Source: Gammaproteobacteria bacterium
GTDB lineage: Bacteria > Pseudomonadota > Gammaproteobacteria > UBA4575
Assembly (NCBI GenBank): GCA_965221955.1
Contig: CBDCTA010000003.1
Location: forward strand, 1-64,000
Direction: 5' to 3'
DNA length: 64,000 nt
Positions 21,863 to 30,387 of this stretch are shown here, in pieces (the first letter of the stretch is position 1; each line of letters begins with the position of its first letter). A program made the position numbers and the translations under genes. The notes under the pieces were generated by a model that had not been told where the DNA came from, did no database searches, and saw nothing but the letters and a program-made list of their open reading frames with translations.

Positions 21863-22622
21863 CATTGTAGTAGTCAGTGCAAGCCCACTTGTCTGGGCGG
21901 AAACACCTGAGGAGAAAGGGTTGGCAATTGCCATTGCAGCGGATGAGCGTGACACAGGCTTTGAAACCATTACTGCCGATATGATTATGACTTTACGAAA
22001 TCGTCAAGGGCAAGAAAGTACGCGTTATATACGCACACGCACTTTAGAAGTAGAAGGCGATGGTGATAAAACATTATCGATTTTTGATCGACCTGCAGAT
22101 GTTAAACACACAGCTGTGTTGACTTATAGCCATGGACTAGAACCAGATGATCAATGGCTTTATCTTCCTGCATTGAAACGTGTAAAACGCATTAACTCGA
22201 GAAACAAATCGGGCCCATTTGTGGGTAGCGAATTTGCGTTTGAAGATTTAGGCTCACAAGAAGTAGAAAAATATTCTTATAAATACCTTCGTGATGAGTC
22301 TTGTGGAGAATGGGAATGCTATGTAATCGAGCGTTATCCTGAATACGAATATTCTGGTTATACACGTCAAGTGGGATGGATCGATAAAGCTGAATATCGG
22401 CCAGTTAAAATTGAATTCTATGACCGTAAAAATACATTGTTAAAAACATTAACCTATAGTGGTTACCAAGAATATATTGATTACTATTGGCGTCCAGATG
22501 AAATGTTTATGGAGAATCATCAAACTGGTAAAACAACTACGTTAAAATGGTCAGACTATAAATTCAAAACCGAAGTGGCCGAGCGTGATTTCAATCCTAA
22601 TGCATTACCAAGGTTGCGATAA
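21822..22622 (+). CDS. Outer-membrane lipoprotein-sorting (LolA-like) periplasmic protein
   Basis: DDQWLYLPALKRVKRI, FVGSEFAFEDL; start moved to ATG 21822 (RBS AGGAG at 21810, signal peptide ending VWA). Confidence 0.88.
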   Translation: MNKSWNLIWQLLVSIVVVSASPLVWAETPEEKGLAIAIAADERDTGFETITADMIMTLRNRQGQESTRYIRTRTLEVEGDGDKTLSIFDRPADVKHTAVLTYSHGLEPDDQWLYLPALKRVKRINSRNKSGPFVGSEFAFEDLGSQEVEKYSYKYLRDESCGEWECYVIERYPEYEYSGYTRQVGWIDKAEYRPVKIEFYDRKNTLLKTLTYSGYQEYIDYYWRPDEMFMENHQTGKTTTLKWSDYKFKTEVAERDFNPNALPRLR

Positions 22623-22635
22623 ATAAAAAACAAGA

Positions 22636-23862
22636 ATGAATGCTACCTTTAAACTAGCCCTGCATGTTTTTATGCGGGGCTTGCTTTTGCTGATGATCAT
22701 TTCTCAAACTATTTATGCTCAAGATGGTTCACCTGGATATTGGTCAGGCTATGTTTCAGGACAAGCACGTGGATTTTGGCAAAGTCCTCAGTTTTCGGAC
22801 CAACGTGATGGTGATATTTCGATCGCTGCAGAGCCAGAATATTATAAAGATTGGGATAATGGTTTGCGTGCGATCACGTTCAAACCTTTTGTGCGGCTTG
22901 ATTCGACAGATCCAGAACGTACACATGTTGATATACGTGAAGCTCATTACTTACATGTAGTGGGGGATTGGGAATGGCGTGTGGGTGTTGCAAAAGTATT
23001 TTGGGGGGTAACGGAGTCACAGCATTTAGTCGACATTATTAATCAAACCGATTTAGTAGAAAACGTAGATACCGAAGACAAGCTTGGGCAACCGATGATT
23101 GAAACGACCTGGTTGCAAGATTGGGGAGCGTTACAGTTTTATATTTTGCCCGGCTTTAGAGAGCGCACATTTCCCGGGCGCCATGGGCGTTTACGCACCG
23201 GCTTGGTTGTCGATACTGATAAAGAAGAATATGAATCTGGTGCAGAAGAATATCATGTTGATTGGGCAGTACGATTAAAAACGCAATTTGGTCCTGTAGA
23301 TTTAGGGTTGTCACATTTCAACGGTACCTCACGTAATCCTGAATTGCGGCCCACACTCAACTTCAACGGTGGAATCGAGCTCATTCCTTTTTATGGATTA
23401 ATCGATCAGACCGGTTTGGATTTGCAAGCCATCATTGGTAATTGGACCTGGAAATTAGAATCTATCTTGCAAACCAAGAAAGGTCGTGACTTCACTGCAG
23501 CAGTGGGTGGGTTTGAATATACGTTTTATGGCGTTTCTGAAAGTGGTGCAGATTTAGGGATCTTATCTGAATATCATTTTGATGATCGCAAACAGGATGC
23601 GCCCACAGGATTTCAAGATGATATATTTTTAGGTGCGCGTTATGTGTTTAATGATGCACAAGATACGGAAATTTTAGCGGGTGGTTTGTATGACTTTGAC
23701 TTTAGCAGTAAAAGTTTTCGTGTGGAGCTGCGACGTAGATTTAGCGATAGCTGGAAACTTGAAAGTGAATTACAAATGTTTGGTAATGTAGATAGCCAAG
23801 ATCCGTTACATAATTTCCATCGTGACGACTATCTTCAAATAGATTTCGCCTATTATTTTTAG
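22636..23862 (+). CDS. Putative outer-membrane beta-barrel protein
   Basis: Signal peptide, VFWGVTES..LVDIINQ motif, alternating beta strands, terminal YYF. Confidence 0.75.
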   Translation: MNATFKLALHVFMRGLLLLMIISQTIYAQDGSPGYWSGYVSGQARGFWQSPQFSDQRDGDISIAAEPEYYKDWDNGLRAITFKPFVRLDSTDPERTHVDIREAHYLHVVGDWEWRVGVAKVFWGVTESQHLVDIINQTDLVENVDTEDKLGQPMIETTWLQDWGALQFYILPGFRERTFPGRHGRLRTGLVVDTDKEEYESGAEEYHVDWAVRLKTQFGPVDLGLSHFNGTSRNPELRPTLNFNGGIELIPFYGLIDQTGLDLQAIIGNWTWKLESILQTKKGRDFTAAVGGFEYTFYGVSESGADLGILSEYHFDDRKQDAPTGFQDDIFLGARYVFNDAQDTEILAGGLYDFDFSSKSFRVELRRRFSDSWKLESELQMFGNVDSQDPLHNFHRDDYLQIDFAYYF

Positions 23863-23871
23863 AGTAAAACC

Positions 23872-24276
23872 ATGATGAGTAAAGAAATAGAAATTGTAGA
23901 AAAGTATTTCTCTGCTTGGAACGCGCATGATACGGATGCAATTCTTGCCACATTCACAATAGACGGTACTTATAGCGACCCAGTAGGCGGCAAAAATTTA
24001 TCCGGGCAAAACTATGCAGATTATGCAAGTAGTTTATTTATAACTTTTCCTGATTTAAAGCTGGAGCTCATTGAAAATTCCGTTGCAAGTACGGGAGTTA
24101 TTGCAGCTCCTTGGTTATTGTTTGGAACTCATCAAGGACCAGTTGGCGAATTGCAAGCAACAGGAAAATCGATTGTATTGCCAGGTTGTGATTTTATAAC
24201 TGTTGAAAATGAAAAAATAAAACAAGTGATTGGTTATTTCGATCCGGAATATTTATTTGAGCAATTAAGCCCATAA
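23872..24276 (+). CDS. SnoaL-like / NTF2-fold ester cyclase family protein
   Basis: YFSAWNAHD, FPDL, GTHQG..ATGK..GCDF. Confidence 0.85.
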   Translation: MMSKEIEIVEKYFSAWNAHDTDAILATFTIDGTYSDPVGGKNLSGQNYADYASSLFITFPDLKLELIENSVASTGVIAAPWLLFGTHQGPVGELQATGKSIVLPGCDFITVENEKIKQVIGYFDPEYLFEQLSP

Positions 24277-24288
24277 TTAAGCTAGCAA

Positions 24289-25173
24289 TTATAATTTTAC
24301 TCCAGTTAACTTCTCGCATGCCTCCAAGTATTTGGCACTCGTGTTATCGATAATTTCTTGTGGTAGTTTGGGCCCCGGTGCTTGTTTATTCCAATCTAAG
24401 GTTTCTAAATAATCGCGCACATATTGTTTATCAAAACTTTTTGGACTTTCGCCTACTTTGTAGGTATCTTTTGGCCAAAAGCGTGATGAATCTGGCGTGA
24501 GGGCTTCGTCAATTAAAACAATTTCTTCGTTTTCATCTAAACCAAATTCAAATTTGGTATCGGCAATAATAATGCCACGCTCTAAAGCATATTCAGCTGC
24601 TTGGGTGTAAATTTCTATGCTTAAGTCGCGCACTTTCTCAGCGGTATCTTTGCCAACTAAATTTATAATTTCAGTAAAACTAACATTGATATCGTGATCA
24701 CCCACTGCGGCTTTAGTTGAAGGAGTAAAAATAGCTTGTTCTAATTGCTGTGCTTGTTGTAAATCTGCAGGCAGTAATTCACCACAGATAGCACCGGTGT
24801 TTTGATATTCTTTCCAACCTGAACCAATGATATAGCCACGCACGATGGCTTCGAAAGGTAATGCTTGTAACTTACGTGCAATCACAGATCTACCTTGTAG
24901 GATGGATAATTCTTGTTTATCTCGAATTACATCTTCGAGTTGAATATCACTTAGATGGTTTTTAACTTTGCTTGAGAATCGATCAAACCAAAAATTTGAA
25001 ACGGTGGTAAGTACAATGCCTTTTTTTGGAATTGGGTCAGGCAATACCACATCAAATGCAGATAGGCGATCACTGGTGACAATCAGCCAATGCTGGCTGT
25101 CGACCTGATAAATGTCCCGCACTTTGCCTTGATAGACCTTTTTTAGGCTTTTTAGGTTAGATTCAAATAACAT
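24289..25173 (-). CDS. purC: SAICAR synthase
   Basis: GKVRDIY, SDRLSAFD, ADTKFEFG, DEALTPDSSRFW. Confidence 0.97.
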   Translation of the reverse strand: MLFESNLKSLKKVYQGKVRDIYQVDSQHWLIVTSDRLSAFDVVLPDPIPKKGIVLTTVSNFWFDRFSSKVKNHLSDIQLEDVIRDKQELSILQGRSVIARKLQALPFEAIVRGYIIGSGWKEYQNTGAICGELLPADLQQAQQLEQAIFTPSTKAAVGDHDINVSFTEIINLVGKDTAEKVRDLSIEIYTQAAEYALERGIIIADTKFEFGLDENEEIVLIDEALTPDSSRFWPKDTYKVGESPKSFDKQYVRDYLETLDWNKQAPGPKLPQEIIDNTSAKYLEACEKLTGVKL

Positions 25174-25268
25174 TTCGGTATATTTGCTTGTTTTCAGCTG
25201 GTTTTATTGGGCCGTGTCAGCGAAAATGCCCGATTAATTTTTTGTCTACAAATAACTGAGGAATCACA

Positions 25269-25757
25269 ATGGCCAATCCACAAGTAAGTCTCATCATGGG
25301 TAGTGATAGTGACTGGCCTGTAATGCGTGCCGCTGCAGAGGTGCTTACTCAATTTAATGTATTGTACGAAAAGCGCGTTGTCTCTGCTCATCGAACACCT
25401 AATTTAATGGCAGAATTTTCTCAAGACGCAGCTTCTCGAGGTATTCAATGTATTATTGCAGGTGCAGGTGGTGCAGCGCATCTACCCGGTATGGTAGCAG
25501 CGAACACAACGGTGCCTGTGTTAGGTGTGCCGGTTCCAAGTAAACATTTATCAGGGCAAGACTCTTTATATTCTATTGTTCAGATGCCAAAAGGCGTGCC
25601 GGTCGCTACGTTTGCAATTGGTGAGGCGGGTGCGGCGAACGCTGGACTGTTTGCCGTCGCGCTGTTAGCGAATAACGATTCGACATTAAAAGCTAAGTTG
25701 GATGATTTTCGAGCAAAACAATCGGAAAAAGTTCTAAACGCCACACTTCCTGATTAA
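25269..25757 (+). CDS. purE: N5-CAIR mutase
   Basis: [25 protein letters not shown]. Confidence 0.98.
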   Translation: MANPQVSLIMGSDSDWPVMRAAAEVLTQFNVLYEKRVVSAHRTPNLMAEFSQDAASRGIQCIIAGAGGAAHLPGMVAANTTVPVLGVPVPSKHLSGQDSLYSIVQMPKGVPVATFAIGEAGAANAGLFAVALLANNDSTLKAKLDDFRAKQSEKVLNATLPD

Positions 25758-25768
25758 TATTTGATTCT

Positions 25769-26905
25769 ATGATTTTACCGGGTGCTACGCTTGGCATGTT
25801 AGGTGGCGGCCAATTGGGCCGTATGTTTGTGCATGCCGCTACTGCAATGGGTTATCGCGTGATCGTGCTCGACCCAAACTCATCAAGTCCCGCAGGTGAG
25901 ATTGCCCACTTACATTTACAAGCAAATTACGATGATGCTCATTCCCTAAAAGCACTTGCACAAGAATGCGCAGTAATTACTACTGAATTTGAAAATGTCC
26001 CCGCAGAAGTATTTGAGCATTTAGAAAAAACTTGTCTCGTATCCCCTAGCGCACGTGCATTAGAGCTCGCACAAGACCGAATCAAAGAAAAACAATTTGC
26101 GCAGTCATTAGGTATTTCGCCGACGCCTTTTCACGAAGTAAATAGTGAGGATGATATTGAGCAAGCGTTTAATACATTAAGCGCACCTTTGATTTTAAAA
26201 ACTACTCGCTTAGGCTATGACGGGAAAGGTCAGGCAGTTGTAAATTCAAAGCAAGAATGTATTGAACAATGGAATGCACTTGAAAATGTGAGCTGTGTAT
26301 TAGAGAAAAAAATCAATTTAGCTTGTGAAGTCTCAGTAGTACTAGCGCGTTCATTAAGTAATGAACTCAGTATTTTCCCGATAGCAGAAAACGTTCACAA
26401 AGATGGTATTTTATTTACCAGTACAGTACCAGCAAAAGCAAGTGAAGAAATTCAAGATTTAGCTAAATCGTGCGCACAAAAAATTACAGAAGAGCTAAAT
26501 TATTGTGGCGTGTTGTCAGTAGAATTTTTTATTGATAGTGATGGTGGTTTGTTTTTTAATGAGATGGCCCCACGTACCCATAATAGTGGCCACTATTCTA
26601 TGGACGCATGTTATACCTCGCAATTTGAGCAACAAGTTAGAGCAATTTGTGATCTCCCCTTGGGTAATACCGATGCACATAGTGCGGTGACGATGGTGAA
26701 TGTATTGGGCGATCTTTGGCAAAAAAATAATAACGAACAACCCAACTGGGCCAGTATTTTATCTGAAAATGTTAAATTACATTTATATGGTAAGCATCAA
26801 GCAAGACCGGGTAGAAAAATGGGGCATTTTAATGTCCTTGCCAATCATGGTGAGGATACGTTGGCTGTTGGTAAAAAATGTTTTCTAAAACTCATATCAC
26901 AATAA
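25769..26905 (+). CDS. purK: N5-CAIR synthase
   Basis: GGGQLGRM, GYDGKGQ, NEMAPRTHNSGH, RKMGH. Confidence 0.97.
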   Translation: MILPGATLGMLGGGQLGRMFVHAATAMGYRVIVLDPNSSSPAGEIAHLHLQANYDDAHSLKALAQECAVITTEFENVPAEVFEHLEKTCLVSPSARALELAQDRIKEKQFAQSLGISPTPFHEVNSEDDIEQAFNTLSAPLILKTTRLGYDGKGQAVVNSKQECIEQWNALENVSCVLEKKINLACEVSVVLARSLSNELSIFPIAENVHKDGILFTSTVPAKASEEIQDLAKSCAQKITEELNYCGVLSVEFFIDSDGGLFFNEMAPRTHNSGHYSMDACYTSQFEQQVRAICDLPLGNTDAHSAVTMVNVLGDLWQKNNNEQPNWASILSENVKLHLYGKHQARPGRKMGHFNVLANHGEDTLAVGKKCFLKLISQ

Positions 26906-26917
26906 CATCCTAAAAAG

Positions 26918-27913
26918 ATGAAAAACTTTCCTGCATTTCGTATTCATTCTGATAAAGAAGGTACGCGCGCAGGAATCGAGCAACTCAGCATTAATGATTT
27001 ATGCGAAGGCGATGTAGTTATTAAGGTTAAGTATTCAAGCATTAACTATAAAGATGCGCTCGCAGGTACGGGAAAAGCTCAAATTCTTCGACGTTCACCC
27101 TTGGTGGGCGGAATTGATCTTGCAGGCGAAGTAGTTGAATCAAAGAGTAGAAATTTCTCTCAAGGCGACAAAGTTTTAGTAAATGGCAGTGGCTTAAGTG
27201 AAACGCATGATGGAGGTTATGCGGAATTTGCTCGTGTACCTGTCGATTGGATAGTACCTTTGCCATCAGGCCTAAGCTTAAGTCAATCGATGATTATTGG
27301 CACTGCCGGTTTTACGGCCGCACTATGTGTTCATCTGTTAGAGCAAAATAATCAACAGATAGAAGACGGTCCGATTGTTGTAACCGGAGCAAGTGGTGGA
27401 GTTGGGAGTTTTGCCGTTAATATTTTGCATAAATTAGGTTATGAAACGGTTGCTGTCACGGGTAAGAATACTTCGCATGAGTATTTATATGAGCTCGGTG
27501 CTACAAAAGTGGTTGGGCGAGGGAAAATTGAAGTTGGGGATGGTGTATTAGAAAAAACCCGCTGGGCTGGTGCGATTGATAATGTGGGTGGCAAAACGTT
27601 AAGCGCATTGGTAAGAGCAACCAAACCTTGGGGAAATGTGGTAAGTGTAGGTATTGCAGGTGGAGTGAAATTCGAGTTATCAACGATGCCTTTCATTATA
27701 CGCGGGGTGAACTTATTGGGTGTGAGTTCCTCTAATTGTCCACAACCACTTCGAAAAGAAATTTGGCGTCGTCTGGGTGAAGATTTACATCCTGATCAAA
27801 TTGCAAAAATACATTCTAAAACGATCAAGCTAGAAAATCTGACGAATACATTTGAAGAATTACTTAATAATGAAATTCAAGGAAGAGTATTAGTGAAGGT
27901 AAGCAATGAGTAG
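26918..27913 (+). CDS. acuI: YhdH/AcuI-family NADPH oxidoreductase (acryloyl-CoA reductase-like)
   Basis: YSSINYKDALA, GTAGFTAAL, VTGASGGVGS, PFIIRGVNLLG. Confidence 0.85.
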   Translation: MKNFPAFRIHSDKEGTRAGIEQLSINDLCEGDVVIKVKYSSINYKDALAGTGKAQILRRSPLVGGIDLAGEVVESKSRNFSQGDKVLVNGSGLSETHDGGYAEFARVPVDWIVPLPSGLSLSQSMIIGTAGFTAALCVHLLEQNNQQIEDGPIVVTGASGGVGSFAVNILHKLGYETVAVTGKNTSHEYLYELGATKVVGRGKIEVGDGVLEKTRWAGAIDNVGGKTLSALVRATKPWGNVVSVGIAGGVKFELSTMPFIIRGVNLLGVSSSNCPQPLRKEIWRRLGEDLHPDQIAKIHSKTIKLENLTNTFEELLNNEIQGRVLVKVSNE

Positions 27914-28460
27914 AAAAGTTTTAATCAAACGTACTTATACGATTTTGTTTTTTGTTTTTGCAGTGCTCACAAGCGCAGTCGTTTATGCAGAAAAAGTAAA
28001 TCCTCCCGCACAAATGCCTGAATTTACACAAGTGGATGAAGCTGCATGGATTAATTCTAAACCATTATTAAAAAATGATTTGCGTGGCAAAGTAGTATTA
28101 ATCGATGTTTGGACCTACGGATGCTGGAATTGCTATAACTCATTTCCATGGTTACGCAGTGTTGAAGAAAAATTTGCAGATCAAGACTTCACAGTAATCG
28201 GTATTCATACTCCTGAATTCGATCGAGAAAAAGTGCGTGAAAATGTAGTAAAAAAAGTTGAAGAATTTGAATTACACCATCCAGTGATGATGGATAATGA
28301 TTTCGCCTATTGGCGTACACTGCGCAATAAATACTGGCCAGCTTATTATATTGTTGATAAGCAAGGCAATATACGTAAAGGCTTCATCGGTGAAACGCAT
28401 GAGGGCGACCGGCGCGCTAAGAAAATTGAAAAGCTAATCGCTAAATTACTTAAGGAATGA
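27906..28460 (+). CDS. Exported redoxin/thioredoxin-like protein (DipZ C-terminal-like)
   Basis: Signal peptide, GKVVLIDVWTYGCWNC, IGIHTPEF, NKYWPAYY. Confidence 0.88.
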   Translation: MSRKVLIKRTYTILFFVFAVLTSAVVYAEKVNPPAQMPEFTQVDEAAWINSKPLLKNDLRGKVVLIDVWTYGCWNCYNSFPWLRSVEEKFADQDFTVIGIHTPEFDREKVRENVVKKVEEFELHHPVMMDNDFAYWRTLRNKYWPAYYIVDKQGNIRKGFIGETHEGDRRAKKIEKLIAKLLKE

Positions 28461-28462
28461 GT

Positions 28463-28659
28463 GCGCGCAAGAATGCACGAATATGTTTAACAATAAGAAT
28501 GTTGTTTCAAGTTAAAGTCAGGAGATTTTAAAATGACTGCTTCGAATGCCATGTATAGTGAAAGAGGAGAAATTACAAGACTGCAAGGATGCAGGAGGTA
28601 GAGCAAAGCAGGAGCAGTTGCCGAGGAGAAAATTTCTGTCTGTCAATAGCGTATATTTT
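28463..28659 (+). repeat. Degenerate copy of the 17.9-18.1 kb composite repeat with a nested 47-bp GGA twin-hairpin insert (28578-28624)
   Basis: 28548-28577 and 28625-28640 align to 18055-18100; insert contains CTGCA-AGGA-TGCAG and GC-AGGA-GC hairpins. Confidence 0.75.
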
Positions 28660-28669
28660 CTAATTGTAC

Positions 28670-29080
28670 TTATTGCGATGATACATATAACTTGCCCAAA
28701 TTATTTTTGATCAACAAAGAACAATCACTAGTAATTTTCCCGAATTGAAATTTCTTACCATCAGCTTTGAAAGTTGCGCTAAATAAATTATTTTTATCTA
28801 TCTCAAATATTTTTACCTCATCAATATTTGCAGCCCACTTTAAGTCCTCAAGAGTTGTACCCTTAAATGTCATTGTATTTTGACTAGGATTTAGACTCAC
28901 TGTCCTTTTTGCTATTTTATTTGAAAATTGGATAACTAATATTTCATTGTTCTTGTCATTAAATCTGCATTGAATTTGTTCAAATCGAGCATCCTTAGAG
29001 CAACTTACTAAGATAATTGATAATACAATTGCAAATAAACTCTTATCAACATTGAGATTAATTTGTTTGAATATATTCAT
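28670..29080 (-). CDS. Hypothetical lipoprotein (AT-rich orphan)
   Basis: Hydrophobic stretch plus lipobox (IILVS-C); 136-aa ORF. Confidence 0.65.
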   Translation of the reverse strand: MNIFKQINLNVDKSLFAIVLSIILVSCSKDARFEQIQCRFNDKNNEILVIQFSNKIAKRTVSLNPSQNTMTFKGTTLEDLKWAANIDEVKIFEIDKNNLFSATFKADGKKFQFGKITSDCSLLIKNNLGKLYVSSQ

Positions 29081-29095
29081 ATCAACGCGTTATAA

Positions 29096-29127
29096 AAATG
29101 TCCGATTTGGGTCGTAAGCAGTCATTT
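29096..29127. repeat. Uninterrupted ~32-bp imperfect palindrome (empty-site version of 18037-18118)
   Basis: AAATGTCCGATTTGGGTCGTAAGCAGTCATTT; its reverse complement matches AAATGTCCGCTACGACC/CAAAGCGGAAATTT at 18038/18105. Confidence 0.7.
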
Positions 29128-29208
29128 GTTCTTTTTAAATAAGAAAATTGTGATTACCACAATAAATACTAACATCAAGACGAGTGTTCCTATTTCACCA
29201 ATACTCAT
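29122..29208 (-). CDS. Putative 28-aa single-pass membrane microprotein (MSIGEIGTLVLMLVFIVVITIFLFKKNK)
   Basis: GGAG RBS upstream, one TM helix with basic C-tail; stop codon lies inside the palindrome. Confidence 0.5.
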   Translation of the reverse strand: MSIGEIGTLVLMLVFIVVITIFLFKKNK

Positions 29209-29268
29209 CTTTTAATTTCTCCAATCATGTCAGCAGTGAATTTCCCAACTCGTTCATTACTTTAGGCT

Positions 29269-29362
29269 ACCTAACTCTAATCAATTGCATCGTCCTTGAT
29301 GGGCATCATATTCGCGCATCTTTGTGCTTACTTCCATATGCTCACACTTTGAGTCGTTAGGC
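29269..29362 (-). repeat. attC-like site containing a degenerate GGA twin-hairpin
   Basis: Minus strand GCCTAAC...GTTAGGT (RYYTAAC/GTTRRRY), 94 bp, 9 bp after the methyltransferase stop; inner pairing is poor. Confidence 0.4.
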
Positions 29363-29371
29363 TCATCTTAT

Positions 29372-30310
29372 TTAAAGACACGCTTTACAAATTGCCTCAA
29401 TATGGCGGTGGTCTGTACCACAACAGCCACCCAATACATTTAAATTAGGCAAATATTTTCTCAATTGACGATATTGGCTGCCGAGTTCATCAGGATTGCC
29501 TTCATCTAACTCTTCGGCTTCATCGAGTTCTGCATGACTGCACTTAGATGCGTTTGCGCGAAGACTCCTTATTTTTTCTAACCAAGGCTCGCCTGTTGAA
29601 ACGATATTTTCAAAATGAGTGGGATGAGCGCAATTTATTTTATAGTAAATTGGAGAATGGTCAGTCTCTGTTTCTACTTGCAAGATGGCATCTTTCAATG
29701 TTTGACCGGTTGGAAGTTTTCCATCTGTTTCAACTGTAAATGAAATGACTGCTGGCATATTATAGTTACGTGCAGCATTTGCAATTCCTATAGCTTCTTC
29801 TACATAGTTTAAGGTTAGCGCTGTGACCATGTCTGTATCGGTTTTGCTTAACGTTTCAATTTGGTGTGAATGATAATCTTCGGCTTCATTCGTTGACATT
29901 AACTCACCTGGAACATAGCCATCACCACGCGGGCCAATGCATCCGCTAATCACCATTTTGGAGTTATCATTTTCATATTCATTTCTAAATGGCATGAGAA
30001 ATTCGATGGATTTTTGCAACATTTCTTCTAGACCTGTTTTTGAGTAACCTAATTTTTTGGCCCAGTCTAAGCTGGCCCGCCACGTGACCGCTTCCAAAAT
30101 AAATCCAACCTTATACTTTTCAGCAATAGAACAATGAGTATGGAAATATTTTTTAAAAGCTTCTTGTCCTTTGGGGTCATTGAGTAGATGAAATGCAGCA
30201 AAATAGGGTAGTTCTAAACCTTCATGAAATAACATGGTCGTTTCGATACCGCCATCCGTAAGAAATAAATCTCCAGATAGTTGAGGTAAATTATTCCTAT
30301 ATTTAGCCAT
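29372..30310 (-). CDS. Homocysteine S-methyltransferase family protein (stand-alone)
   Basis: LTDGGIET, GCIGPRGDGY, INCAHP, GGCCGTDHRHI Zn ligands. Confidence 0.93.
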   Translation of the reverse strand: MAKYRNNLPQLSGDLFLTDGGIETTMLFHEGLELPYFAAFHLLNDPKGQEAFKKYFHTHCSIAEKYKVGFILEAVTWRASLDWAKKLGYSKTGLEEMLQKSIEFLMPFRNEYENDNSKMVISGCIGPRGDGYVPGELMSTNEAEDYHSHQIETLSKTDTDMVTALTLNYVEEAIGIANAARNYNMPAVISFTVETDGKLPTGQTLKDAILQVETETDHSPIYYKINCAHPTHFENIVSTGEPWLEKIRSLRANASKCSHAELDEAEELDEGNPDELGSQYRQLRKYLPNLNVLGGCCGTDHRHIEAICKACL

Positions 30311-30387
30311 GATGGATCTCCATGTCTAAAGTTTAGATGCAAGAATAGCTAGAATTATATGCTGATCGTTGTGTATTGCTAATGAAA

